A stretch of DNA of 64,000 nucleotides from Eubacteriales bacterium (GCA_045545665.1 JAZQBL010000039.1:4149-68148), one strand, 5' to 3'. Positions 16,292 through 26,478 are shown, counted from the first letter of the stretch. Notes: generated by a model from the letters alone, not told the origin. A program made the numbers and translations.

Positions 16292-19200
16292 TTAGTTGTT
16301 AGCTACATTTCTTCTCTTTCTGTCGTAGACGGTCAGAGTGATTACTGCACCGCCGCTGATAAACATCAAAACGAACCACATTTCCAGATTGGAGTTGTCT
16401 CCGGTCTGAGGATTGTCGGGGACGGAAGGTGTGTAATCGTAGGTATTCTCAAACGCTGCAACCGGCTCTGCCGTTTCTGCTTCATTCATCGTCACAGTTG
16501 CGACGAGGGTGTTGGTTTCCTCATTCAGCGCAATGGTGATGGTGATCGCATATTCGGCGGTGCTGTAGGTTATGTTTGCCTTGCCGCTGTTGACCTCAGT
16601 CAGCTTGTAGGAGAAGGTCTTACCGATATCGTCCTCAGTAAAGGTCAGGGTGAACTTCGCCTTGCCGTTTTCATCGGATATCTCGGTGATGCCCTCCGCA
16701 CCGTCTGCCGGAGCTTCCAACAGGAACTCAAAGCCTCCGGGTCCGATCTTTTCGCTGCCCTTGTTCACGACCGTCTTGACGATGTCAATATCCACGGTAA
16801 TGTCTGCGGGCTTGGGAGTATAGACATTGTTGAAGGCGATGGTGTCGACTGCATCGTCGCTGCCTTTCTTTACGATTATGGGGTCGCCTGCTACCAGCTT
16901 GCCGTTTTCGTCGTCAGTCACTTCGATGGTCACATAGTAGACCATTTCGTCGAAGGTCACGCGCTCAGCTACCACACTGTCGTCCTCGTAAACTACGAAG
17001 AAGTAAATACCGGGTTCGGTGAAGGAAACTGCGTCGAAAGAGAAACCGCCGTCTGCGCCGTTAAGTGCGTACATCGGGGTTGCGTCCTCAATGATGTTGA
17101 AGACTTCGTTTGCTTCAATCATCACGAACTTGAATTCGCCCTCGTTCAGATCTCTGCCGGTGAGTTCCTTGCTACCGACGATATTCACGTTTGTAGAGGT
17201 TACGCTGTAGTCGTTGACAAATGCGATGTCCTGTGCCACCTCGGAGGTCTCACCCTTCACCTTCACCATAGTGGTGCCGGTTATAACCAACTGACCCTTA
17301 CCGTTATCCAAAACGGTTACAGTAATGTGGTACCGGGTATTGTCGTATACCACGCCGCCAATAGGGTTCTGGCTATTTTCCTTGACGATGAAGTTGTGGG
17401 TTCCGGCTGTGTCAAGAGGAATGCCTGCGAATACGAAGTTGCCGTTCTCATCATTCTTCACGGACTGAATCGCTGCACCGTCGATCTCAAAGTTTTCGTT
17501 TGCCTTGTAGAGATCGAAGGTAAAATCATTTGCCTTCAGCTCACGGTTGCCGCTGATCAGATTCAGTGTCTTGCTACCCTCAAAGTCGATGACAGTAGAA
17601 GCAGAATCGTAATCGTTGGTGAAGTTCAGGGCATTAATTGCGCTGTCTGCAACTGTTGCGGTTGCGTCCACAGCACCGTTTCCGTCGTCGGTAACAGTCA
17701 CGGTAACCTTGTACTCGATATTGCTGTAGGTGACACCTTCAATGGTCTTACCGGCGTTCTTTTCCTTCAGCACGTAGTAGAAGGTCTCGCCTATATCATC
17801 CGGTACGTAGGTCATGTTGATCACAAAACCGGTTTCGGGATCTGCGGTTGTGGTTGCCACGGGAGTTGCGCCAAGGTTTTCGAAGTTCGCATCTGCCTCA
17901 TAGAGTTCGAATACGAACTCGTCATCCTCGTTCCACTCGCGTCCGTCAAGCGTCTTGGTGCCGGACAGCTCGATGGAATCGGTGCCGGTCACGTTGTAGA
18001 TGTTAGTGAATACAATTTTATTTACCAAAGAAACTTGCTGGCCATTCACCTTTGTAACAGAGTAGCTGCTGGACAATGTGCCATCCAGATTGTCGGTCAC
18101 CGTGACGTGGATACGGTAGACCGCACTGTCATTGGTAATGCCGTTGACAGTTCTGCCTGCGTCTGCCTCGGTGATCAGGTAGTAGTAATCGCCGGCTGCC
18201 ATGTACTCGATCTTATCGAATACGAAGGCGGTGCCATTGTTCTGCTTGGACTGGAGGATGTCGCCAAGCATCCAGTTTGCATCAGATTTGATGAGGTTGA
18301 AGGAGAACTTCAAGCTACCGAGAGTCCTGTTTTCCAGAGCCTTTGTGCCTTCAAACTGCACAGAAGCGCCTTCTTCGATAGCGTACTCATTGACGAAATT
18401 AAGCGTAGAGGCGGTGGCATCTACAATGGTAGTTACCGTCTCGATACCGCCGGTGCCGTTATCACGAACCTCAACCTTGATCTGATACGCAGCGCTGCTG
18501 TAGGTAAGTCCGTTCAGATTCGTGCCTGCACCCGTCTCTTTCACGACATAGTAGAAGGTCTTGCCCACATCTGATGCCGTGTAGCTCAGATCAAACTCAT
18601 ATCTATGAGTTGTGGAATCCATCGCAACGGTCGTCTTGGGAGTCTCGCCGATGTTGTAGTTCTCGTCGGCTTCGTAAAGCTCGAAGGAGAAGCTGTCGTC
18701 ATCCTTGAAATCACGTCCGTCGATAAACTTTTCACCGGACAGGGTCACAGATGCGCCGCCGGTAATTTCATAGACATTGACGAACAGGATCTTATCCTGC
18801 GGGATGCCTTCATCGTCATAGATGTGAATGGTGGCATGCAGCTGACCCTTCAGGTCATCGGTGATCTGGACCCACACGCGATACTCGGTATCGTCATAGG
18901 TCACACCGTCAATGGTCTGGCCGCCGTTCTTTTCCACTACGATAAAGTGCTGATCACCGACAGTATCAAAGTCGATCTTAGTAAAGGTGATCAAACCGCC
19001 CCTTGCGTTTTTAACGGTTTCTCTGGGCTGTCCAATCTTCTCCCAATCGGTATTGGAGTTGTAAAGTTCAAACTCATATTCGCCGCCGACGAGGTTATTG
19101 TCCACCTTTCCGGTGAGCTGCTTCTCGCCGTTAAACTGTGCCCATGTGGGATTTGCCTTGTAGTTATTCTCAAACACCAAGGTGTTGCCTGCACCGCTGA

Positions 19201-22200
19201 CCGATTCAGACTCCACGATCAGTGCGCCTGCACCGTTGTCCTCGATGACTACGGTCACGGTGTATTCACGGCTGTCATAGGAGATACCGTAGGTCGTTCC
19301 GCCTTCGGCGACAACCTCTCTTACGGTATACACATAGGTTCCTGCCTTGTTGTAGGAGATCGCCGGGAATACGATGTTGTCGGTATTTGTTGCAAGGTTC
19401 TTCACCGTCCAGCTTCTCGGATTCCGGATCGCATCACCGTTGTAACTCCGCTCGGTGAGCACGAAGGAGAACTCGTCATTCAGAAGCGTTCTGCCGTTCA
19501 GAACCTTGTCGCCTACGATGGAATGGTCTACAGGCGTTGCCGTATAGGTATTCTTAAATGTGATCTTGTTGCCGGTAGCATTGACAAATACGTAACTTGC
19601 GCTCAGCTTACCGTTCACGTCGGTTACGCTCACAGTCATACGGTAGGTAGTCTTGTCGGTGACAACACCGTTACCGTCTGCACCGGTTTCGACGATATTG
19701 TAGAAATAGGTTCCTGCCTTGTCGAACTTAAGGGTTTCGTTAAAGGTTACCTTACCTGTCGCATCGTTGGTTCCTTCGAGAACCTTGGTGCCGTCCTGTT
19801 TCTGAACTTCGAATTTGAACTCGCCGTTCACCAGATCTCTGCCGAAAATTTCCTTGCTTACGAAGTCGATGTCAAGCTCAGTATCGGCAGGATCGTAGGT
19901 ATTGGTAAAGTTTGCTGTAATGGAAGTTCCGGCATTTGCAGGCTGTTCTGCACCGATGTAGATGATAGCAGAGATGGTGCCGTCGCCATTGTCAGAAACA
20001 ATGACCGTAACGGGGATTTCAACATTACTGTAGATCCATCCTGCCGGTACAGTTTCAGGAACGATCTCCTTCAAGGTATACTGATAGGTTCCCGTTTCCA
20101 TATAGGACAGAACAAATCTTGCAAAACCACGGTCTGTAGTTGCCGGAGAGGTGTATACAAGGTTCTCACCGTCATACAAGCCGAAGGTGTATCCTGCCAG
20201 AGATTTTGCCGAACCGCCGTTGTTGGTGATCGCCTTGTTCAGATCGATGGTCACCGTGGCATTTCCGGAAACCGAATAGGTGTTGGTGAATTCTGCATTC
20301 ACATTCCAACCGGCGGTGTTCTTTGTTACTTCGGTAGTGTCGGGTCTGGAAGCGACCACATCTGTGATCTCAAGCTGTCCGTCCATGTTGGCATCACCAA
20401 CGATAACCGAGAAGGAGTGTACAGTCTTGTCGTAGGTAAATCCGCCGAGAGGAGTGTCGGGCTCGATCTCGATAACACGGTAATAATAGGTTCCTGCAGC
20501 CTCGTATTTTTCATCTTCAAAAGCGTTTGCAAAGGTAAAAGTGGTTGCGCCGTAGGATGCCTGAGCAGTACCAAGATCCTGCCAACTGCCATCGTCAAGA
20601 AGCTTCTGGAGCACGAAATCAAAGCTATAACCCTGTTGCCAATTCTGATTTTCCAGCAGTTTTCTTCCTCTGACGGTGATATTAACGGGGTAAACCTCTG
20701 CAGCCTCATAATCATTTACCACGATTACAGAAACGGTGTTAGCATCCACGACGGTTACCTGTCCGTCGCCGCGTTGACCGTTATCCCAATATGTCGGTGT
20801 GAATCCGGCACCCTTTTCGGTCTCAACTACCGTAGCCGTTGTGCCTGCGGGAAGTCCGAACACCTCAAGTTGTTCGTCGTGCCTGAGCGTAACGGTGAAC
20901 TTGCCTTCTGCATCGGTGGAGATGCTTGTGATTGCAGAATTACCGGAATGCTCAGCCGTAAAGGTAGCATTTGCCGTGCCGATACCGCTGAGAGTCACCT
21001 GTATGGTAAAGTTCTTATCTTCCGGGATCTGATAATCCTGACCGAAGTCATGCTCGACTTCCTTTGCGATCGTCAGGTTGCCGGTACCTCTTTCATCGTT
21101 GACAAAGGACACGTTCTTGATCTCGTATTGGTTGACAGTCACTGTGCCGCTGTCGGAAAGGCCGGTAGCGGTGGCAACATATTCGGCTGTCTCGCGTTCT
21201 ATGATACGGAAGGTATCGCCTGCGGTCAGACCGCCGATGTAGAGGACGTCGCCGGCATTGAGTTCAACCGTAGCGTTTCCGTCATCAAACAGTACGCTGG
21301 TTTCAACCTCGGTTCCATCGGCCTTGATAAGCCATGCCGGATAATAACGTCCATCCTGCGCATTGGTAGTGTTGAAAATGTCAAACACGAACTCCGTGCC
21401 CGGATCCGCAACACCGGCTGCCATTGTTTTTGTCAGCTTGATACCGGTCTCGGGAATCACAGTCATCTTACCGTTGTTACCGAGGGTAGCACCAACGTAG
21501 AAGTTATAACCCTCATCGTTAACAGCGTGATTTTTGGTATCTGTAAAAGGTATATGGACCTGACCGAGCGTTCCGGTCAAATTTTGGGCCTTATCCACGG
21601 TGTAGCCGTCAAGGTTCACGTGAACGTTACCCTTGGGGATATACCAGGTTCCGTCGCCCTTGGGAAGTGCCGTTGCTTTTGCTGCTGCGGACAGCGGACG
21701 GTAAACGGTCTCGGTACGGAGGCTTCCGTTGTTCTTATATACGCTATAGGAACGGTAGAAGGTTCCGTCAGCCGATGGCTGTGCCTCACTGGTATACAGA
21801 GTGCCGCTGGTGTCGCTGTAAACAGGGGCATCTTCCAGATAGTAGTACTTATCGTTCTGTCTGGAGGGGTTAAAGTAGCTATAGGTATTGACGGTGCCGT
21901 AGCCGGTGGTATTTTCATGATTCCACTGGTTGGTGTAGAAATTAATGGTACCATCTGCATTTGTATTTTCTGCCAGATAATCCGCAGATACCACTTCCTT
22001 AACGTTTAAGGAATTGATATTATCGTCCAGTGCAACCTCATATACCAAGCGGATGGGATTATCTGCACCGCTGACGGTGAGTTCGGAAAGCTCGCCGTTC
22101 TCATCCAAGGTTACATTATAGGAAACGATAGGGATAAGCGCTGCGGGAACCGCAAAGGTCACAAGCTCTTCGCCGGTGGCGATGTTTTTGCGTACCTGAA

Positions 22201-24046
22201 CGGTCGCATACATCATATCGGACTCGGTTACACCGTGGCTTTCATCCACCGCACCCAGATAACCGTAGGAACGGATCACGAACGCAGGATCGGTGTCCGC
22301 GTTGCCGGTTACCTCAGGAAGAACGGTAGTACCCTCGTTATAGAAGCCGAGGAACTTGCCTGCTGCGTTGGCATACCAACCGATATAATTGGAGTAGTTG
22401 TTGGCATTGGTATAGCTAAGCTGACCGTTTTCATAGGCAAGACCGATCAGCGTTCTTGCGGTATCATCGCTGTCGAGTTCCAGTCTCGCACGAACGGCCG
22501 CTACCATTTCTATACCCAGCGCGGTAGGATTGTCATAGGTTCCAAGGTTACCACCGCCGGATACAAAATTGGAGGCAATATCCGCACCGGAGAAAAGGTG
22601 ATTGTCAATGAGAATACCCTTGATATCGGTCACGCTCATATATTCGCCAATCTTATCTACGAAGGAGACATAGCCGGAAAGATCCTCATTCTGAGAAATA
22701 AGAGTGGGGAAATATGCAGACTGAAGTTGGATCGTACTGACGATGTTTTTGAACACGTCGATCATATTGCTCGTGCTTGCGGAAAAATACTGATCTACAT
22801 AGTTCTGTTCCAGGGGCGTGCTGATCTTGGTAACGGAGCGGTTGTTTCCGAGGGAAACCGTCTCGCCTACATCAATATGGTTATAGCCTGCAAAGGTGAT
22901 CTGACCGCGCCAATTGGTTTGAATGTCATTCCAGAAGTCGTCCACAGCGGTGGAAGCTTCGGAGTGATCAGGATCCAGAACACTCAGTGCGATGCTGTCA
23001 TTGTCCACGCCAAGACCCAGCGTATAGAACAAAGCGTCAGTTCCATACTTTTCTTCGATCTTAGCCTTTGCATAAGCTGCACTTAACTGGCTGACAAAGC
23101 CGAGAGCAGCGCTGGTTGCACTTCCGTCGCCCAACTGAATGGTACCGGGTGCGGTAAAGTTTGTACTGCCAACCGTAGGCGCGCCGTCAGACATAAGCAC
23201 CAAAACCGGCTTGCGATTTAGAGTTCCCAGAATCGGATCTTCTATAGTTGCGGAATTGGCAACGGATGTAAACTGATTCATCGCCAGAATAACACCCTTT
23301 TGGATATAGGTTCCGCCATAGGCATCCTTTTGATTGGATGCAGGAGCTTGGTTGCTGTTTTCGTATCTAACAGCACTATTCAGCTTAACAACTTCAAAAT
23401 TTCGGTTGCCGTTTCCGTTAGGATTATTTCCATAGCGTGTACCATAGGAAAGATATTCGCCTTTACTGTCGGTAGTGTAGCGTCCGAGAGGAAGCATAAG
23501 AATTGCATCGTTGTCAGTAGTGCTTCCCCCTACTGTATAAGGTCCGGAATAAAGAACCACACCTACTCGGTTATGCTTATTGGAGGAAAGCAGATTCTTA
23601 ATGCTTTCGTTTGCGGCAGAGATAAGGTCTTTAACAACATCGTTGTTGCCATTGTCACCGTTCATTGAACCCGAAAGGTCCAGAACCAACATAGTATCGG
23701 TAGGAACGCTGGACATTCCGGTGATGTTCATGTTGGCTGCTATGGCAGACAGAGCAACAAGGAAACTGTTCTGTTCATCCTGGGTAATACCAAGACCGCT
23801 AAATGCGGATGCATCGGTAAAGACGGATTTATCCATCCAAACGCCGCCTGCGTTTTCGGTAGAGATATCACCGGTTATGTGGAAGAACTGTTTCCAACCG
23901 TCCATGGTTGACGGGTCTGCCGCGCGGTTGCTGTTTACATTTGCCGCAGACGCTGTCAGAACGGTCAGAGGGATCATGGTAAACAGAATGGCGATCGTCA
24001 CAAATACGCTTGTGATTCTGTTTCCTAAACTTTGTTTGCGAGTCAT
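16292..24046 (-). CDS. giant sortase-anchored surface adhesin: signal peptide, vWA domain, ~11 tandem pilin-isopeptide (Spy0128/FctA-like) repeats, NPQTG sorting signal
   Basis: Start set to MTRKQSLGN behind AAGGAGG. Signal/TM segment ITSVFVTIAILFTMIPLTVLTASA. MIDAS motif VLDLSGSMNG (D at 23680-23678) and VLVLMSDGAPT. Repeats follow the pattern L.GR.L..GEF.F.L...AG.Y.Y...E....G(V/I)TYD...Y.V.V.V.D. C-terminus has NPQTG (16400-16414), a hydrophobic helix and RKRR. Confidence 0.85.
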   Translation of the reverse strand: MTRKQSLGNRITSVFVTIAILFTMIPLTVLTASAANVNSNRAADPSTMDGWKQFFHITGDISTENAGGVWMDKSVFTDASAFSGLGITQDEQNSFLVALSAIAANMNITGMSSVPTDTMLVLDLSGSMNGDNGNNDVVKDLISAANESIKNLLSSNKHNRVGVVLYSGPYTVGGSTTDNDAILMLPLGRYTTDSKGEYLSYGTRYGNNPNGNGNRNFEVVKLNSAVRYENSNQAPASNQKDAYGGTYIQKGVILAMNQFTSVANSATIEDPILGTLNRKPVLVLMSDGAPTVGSTNFTAPGTIQLGDGSATSAALGFVSQLSAAYAKAKIEEKYGTDALFYTLGLGVDNDSIALSVLDPDHSEASTAVDDFWNDIQTNWRGQITFAGYNHIDVGETVSLGNNRSVTKISTPLEQNYVDQYFSASTSNMIDVFKNIVSTIQLQSAYFPTLISQNEDLSGYVSFVDKIGEYMSVTDIKGILIDNHLFSGADIASNFVSGGGNLGTYDNPTALGIEMVAAVRARLELDSDDTARTLIGLAYENGQLSYTNANNYSNYIGWYANAAGKFLGFYNEGTTVLPEVTGNADTDPAFVIRSYGYLGAVDESHGVTESDMMYATVQVRKNIATGEELVTFAVPAALIPIVSYNVTLDENGELSELTVSGADNPIRLVYEVALDDNINSLNVKEVVSADYLAENTNADGTINFYTNQWNHENTTGYGTVNTYSYFNPSRQNDKYYYLEDAPVYSDTSGTLYTSEAQPSADGTFYRSYSVYKNNGSLRTETVYRPLSAAAKATALPKGDGTWYIPKGNVHVNLDGYTVDKAQNLTGTLGQVHIPFTDTKNHAVNDEGYNFYVGATLGNNGKMTVIPETGIKLTKTMAAGVADPGTEFVFDIFNTTNAQDGRYYPAWLIKADGTEVETSVLFDDGNATVELNAGDVLYIGGLTAGDTFRIIERETAEYVATATGLSDSGTVTVNQYEIKNVSFVNDERGTGNLTIAKEVEHDFGQDYQIPEDKNFTIQVTLSGIGTANATFTAEHSGNSAITSISTDAEGKFTVTLRHDEQLEVFGLPAGTTATVVETEKGAGFTPTYWDNGQRGDGQVTVVDANTVSVIVVNDYEAAEVYPVNITVRGRKLLENQNWQQGYSFDFVLQKLLDDGSWQDLGTAQASYGATTFTFANAFEDEKYEAAGTYYYRVIEIEPDTPLGGFTYDKTVHSFSVIVGDANMDGQLEITDVVASRPDTTEVTKNTAGWNVNAEFTNTYSVSGNATVTIDLNKAITNNGGSAKSLAGYTFGLYDGENLVYTSPATTDRGFARFVLSYMETGTYQYTLKEIVPETVPAGWIYSNVEIPVTVIVSDNGDGTISAIIYIGAEQPANAGTSITANFTNTYDPADTELDIDFVSKEIFGRDLVNGEFKFEVQKQDGTKVLEGTNDATGKVTFNETLKFDKAGTYFYNIVETGADGNGVVTDKTTYRMTVSVTDVNGKLSASYVFVNATGNKITFKNTYTATPVDHSIVGDKVLNGRTLLNDEFSFVLTERSYNGDAIRNPRSWTVKNLATNTDNIVFPAISYNKAGTYVYTVREVVAEGGTTYGISYDSREYTVTVVIEDNGAGALIVESESVSGAGNTLVFENNYKANPTWAQFNGEKQLTGKVDNNLVGGEYEFELYNSNTDWEKIGQPRETVKNARGGLITFTKIDFDTVGDQHFIVVEKNGGQTIDGVTYDDTEYRVWVQITDDLKGQLHATIHIYDDEGIPQDKILFVNVYEITGGASVTLSGEKFIDGRDFKDDDSFSFELYEADENYNIGETPKTTVAMDSTTHRYEFDLSYTASDVGKTFYYVVKETGAGTNLNGLTYSSAAYQIKVEVRDNGTGGIETVTTIVDATASTLNFVNEYAIEEGASVQFEGTKALENRTLGSLKFSFNLIKSDANWMLGDILQSKQNNGTAFVFDKIEYMAAGDYYYLITEADAGRTVNGITNDSAVYRIHVTVTDNLDGTLSSSYSVTKVNGQQVSLVNKIVFTNIYNVTGTDSIELSGTKTLDGREWNEDDEFVFELYEADANFENLGATPVATTTADPETGFVINMTYVPDDIGETFYYVLKEKNAGKTIEGVTYSNIEYKVTVTVTDDGNGAVDATATVADSAINALNFTNDYDSASTVIDFEGSKTLNLISGNRELKANDFTFDLYKANENFEIDGAAIQSVKNDENGNFVFAGIPLDTAGTHNFIVKENSQNPIGGVVYDNTRYHITVTVLDNGKGQLVITGTTMVKVKGETSEVAQDIAFVNDYSVTSTNVNIVGSKELTGRDLNEGEFKFVMIEANEVFNIIEDATPMYALNGADGGFSFDAVSFTEPGIYFFVVYEDDSVVAERVTFDEMVYYVTIEVTDDENGKLVAGDPIIVKKGSDDAVDTIAFNNVYTPKPADITVDIDIVKTVVNKGSEKIGPGGFEFLLEAPADGAEGITEISDENGKAKFTLTFTEDDIGKTFSYKLTEVNSGKANITYSTAEYAITITIALNEETNTLVATVTMNEAETAEPVAAFENTYDYTPSVPDNPQTGDNSNLEMWFVLMFISGGAVITLTVYDRKRRNVANN

Positions 24047-24352
24047 ATAATTGGCCTCCTTTATAAACACTTTAATTTTCACAAATTGATAGGGGCGAAT
24101 TAATCCTTTGCAGTTCACATCATTTCGCCCTCCATTGGCTTGTGTTTACAAGCCTAATTACAGGGATTTTCGAGCCTCTGTCCCCACGCGAAACATTATA
24201 ATGGGTGGCAGACGCAAAATTTGGCACTTGGGGCTTTGGTGATTGGCTTTGCGGCTAACAAGGCATTGTTTGGTAGGGTACGAAGTAGCCTACCAAACAG
24301 GAGTACCCCTGTTTGCACTCCGCTTTAGACGAAGATATTTTGTTTTAACAGC

Positions 24353-24682
24353 TTATGACGTGCTTTCCTGTTTGCACCGTTTTGGACATCTACAAACACC
24401 GAGGAAATCGTCGTGCTTTTCCAGATGTTGACAATCGTTGCACCATCCTTCACCGGATATTTTGGGCTTTGGACTAAAATGTCGGCAGATCTCCTGGTCT
24501 GCTGTAACAAATGGGTATCCGGTTGCAGTATGCATCGGTTCTTTTAAAAAATCCGGATAAATCGGCATCGGTTCATTTCGTTCCCGTTCCAATTCCGGCT
24601 CGTAATATCCGTACCTTATCTCAAATGTGTGTCCTTCAATTTCAACGATTTTGTAGAGATCACCTTCTCGGATATTCGTCAT
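24353..24682 (-). CDS. Cys-rich small hypothetical protein
   Basis: 109 aa with C-terminal cluster GWCNDCQHLEKHDDFLGVCRCPKRC. Same GC-rich composition as its neighbours. Confidence 0.6.
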   Translation of the reverse strand: MTNIREGDLYKIVEIEGHTFEIRYGYYEPELERERNEPMPIYPDFLKEPMHTATGYPFVTADQEICRHFSPKPKISGEGWCNDCQHLEKHDDFLGVCRCPKRCKQESTS

Positions 24683-24804
24683 TCACGGGGTTCCTCCTTT
24701 CAGACAGAAAAAATCCTGCATAATGATTTATGGCATCATTATACAGGATTCTTTTTATTCTATGGGTAACTTTTTGAGTCCAAAAAGTGGACAGTTTTTT
24801 GCCT

Positions 24805-26055
24805 TTACACGTATGCACCTAACTCTTCTCGTTTTGTCGCACCCGTTTTATTCATAATACGGAAGATGGATTTTTTTACCGAGTCCACCGACATATACAG
24901 TCGTCCCGCAATTTCGCTGTTGCTGATTCCAAAAGCAGCAAGACGGGCAATCTCCCTTTCTCTGATGGTCAAAGCACTGGATACACTTCGGGACAAAAGC
25001 GAATTGTGAACCTTCGTCCAGCCTTCCAGCAAACTTTTGTGGAGTGCCTTAAAACGGTCAAACGCTTTCTCGTCCGCAAGCCGCAATCGGTCGTCCAACA
25101 GAGTATCAAAATTACGTCTGTGCTCGGCAAGAATACCCAGCAAATTGTCAGGCAACGCAAGAGCGATGGCTATATCTATATGCTTGACGGCGCTTGCATC
25201 GTCACCGATCTGATGATAGGAAATCGCAACGAGCAAACGCAGATATATTTCGGGAATGACCAGCTTTTCCGCAACTACACCGGAGATCAGCGGCTCGGTG
25301 ATATAAGGAATGCTCTTCACCAGTCCCATACCCGTAACATCGGGCAGCTTGAACTTGCCCTTTGCCATTTCCTGTGCAAACACAAGCAGGTATTTGACGT
25401 AAAAAACCTTTGCTGCAGCGTGAGAATCCGGGTGCAAATACTCAAATTGGCCCCGCTGGAACCATCCCGGATAGTTTGAAAGATCCCGCACCGCACTATT
25501 AACGCAAGCAAGGGAAAGTGCCATGATATCTCTGTCTATATCGTTTTTTGCCGTTGCCTCCGTGATATGTACCTTAGCTTCTCTATACAGGTTAATATCG
25601 CCTTTCCACATTGCCGCAAGCGCAAGCAGCATACCGCCTGCGTTGACGGCGTAAAAGCCGGAATGTAAATTTAAGAAATGCCGTGCGTGTTCATACACCT
25701 TGTCGATCTCGCCGCGGCTGTAGGCAATCTCGGCGGCAAACAACTGCTGTGCTTCGGGGTGATCAGCAAGGGATGCAATGACCTCGTTTGCCGAACCGGG
25801 CTTGGTATATAGGTCTGTCATATCGAGGAACGGAGCCTTACGAATAAGGGGCTGATGTAGGGCAGAGTTTTCCTTTGCCGCTTTACCTTCCTTGCTTCTG
25901 CCGTCGATTGGGCGCTGAGCATCGGCAGGAATCATCCAATCCCGTCCTTTTCGCTCTGCTCCGGGAATTCTTCCTCGTTTACACAGGTCCTGCACATTCC
26001 TTACTGTCATTTTCCATTTTTCAGCCACTTGCTGCGCTGTTATTTTATCTGCCAT
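24805..26055 (-). CDS. LuxR-family transcriptional regulator with N-terminal excisionase/MerR-like HTH and helical-repeat (MalT/TPR-like) middle region
   Basis: C-terminal LTIREREIARLAAFGISNSEIAGRLYMSVDSVKKSIFRIMNKTG is a LuxR/GerE HTH. N-terminal ITAQQVAEKWKMTVRNVQDLCKRGRIPGA is a second HTH. Start set to the second ATG (MADKIT). Confidence 0.8.
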   Translation of the reverse strand: MADKITAQQVAEKWKMTVRNVQDLCKRGRIPGAERKGRDWMIPADAQRPIDGRSKEGKAAKENSALHQPLIRKAPFLDMTDLYTKPGSANEVIASLADHPEAQQLFAAEIAYSRGEIDKVYEHARHFLNLHSGFYAVNAGGMLLALAAMWKGDINLYREAKVHITEATAKNDIDRDIMALSLACVNSAVRDLSNYPGWFQRGQFEYLHPDSHAAAKVFYVKYLLVFAQEMAKGKFKLPDVTGMGLVKSIPYITEPLISGVVAEKLVIPEIYLRLLVAISYHQIGDDASAVKHIDIAIALALPDNLLGILAEHRRNFDTLLDDRLRLADEKAFDRFKALHKSLLEGWTKVHNSLLSRSVSSALTIREREIARLAAFGISNSEIAGRLYMSVDSVKKSIFRIMNKTGATKREELGAYV

Positions 26056-26145
26056 AGCCGCACCCTTATCTCTCATTTTTCAGAGCGTAAAGGGACGCCT
26101 TGTTTGTTATATAATAACCAACAAGGCGATATCCCCTTGAAAATT

Positions 26146-26243
26146 TTCGTATTATCCCCGTTATATGCTTCGTTATACCGCATATTACACAAGGGAACAA
26201 TTCGTTATCTTACCCTCCTTTATTATACTTCGTTATAACGAGA
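26146..26243. promoter_or_regulatory. array of TTCGT(T)AT direct repeats upstream of the LuxR-type gene
   Basis: TTCGTATTAT at ~26146; CTTCGTTATA at 26168-26177 and 26228-26237; TTCGTTAT at 26201-26208. Spacing is about 23-32 bp. Confidence 0.3.
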
Positions 26244-26377
26244 ATTGCAAGAGGATAAATTGTAACTTTTTTGAACAGTTTTTTGTAACGAGAAAAATCC
26301 GACCGTCTCGTTTGATGATCGGATTTCCTTTTGCCCCGTACCGGCTTTCACCCATTGGTCAATTTTTGCCCCTTTGA

Positions 26378-26408
26378 GCGAAAACCCCTGTGGTTTCGGG
26401 GTTTTTCG
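26378..26408 (-). terminator. hairpin terminator downstream of the partial tRNA copy
   Basis: Minus strand AAAAACCCCGAAACCACAGGGGTTTT. Confidence 0.45.
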
Positions 26409-26436
26409 AACCGATATCTTTTTCGGTTCACACTGT

Positions 26437-26478
26437 TGGTTGCGGAGGAAGGACTTGAACCAACGACCTTCGGGTTAT
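26437..26478 (-). repeat. 42-nt duplicate of the 3' part of tRNA-fMet (anticodon loop to CCA)
   Basis: Identical to 26712-26753. Identity starts inside the anticodon (..AT|AACCCGAAGG..). No matching 5' half upstream. Confidence 0.9.

Noticed and set aside
17327-23086. Very long + strand ORFs (415, 1134 and 283 aa) antisense to the adhesin gene.
   Set aside because: These are shadow ORFs. The sense gene is GC-rich and repetitive, with codon usage that avoids TTA/CTA/TCA, so the opposite strand lacks stops. The translations are low-complexity (V/G/I/C-rich) with no motifs, RBS or independent signals.
24047-24352. c-di-GMP riboswitch (GEMM-I or II) upstream of the sortase-anchored adhesin.
   Set aside because: I could not find the conserved GEMM elements (tetraloop/receptor pair, ACGCAAAGCC-like core) when reading the minus-strand leader. 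Only generic hairpins are present.
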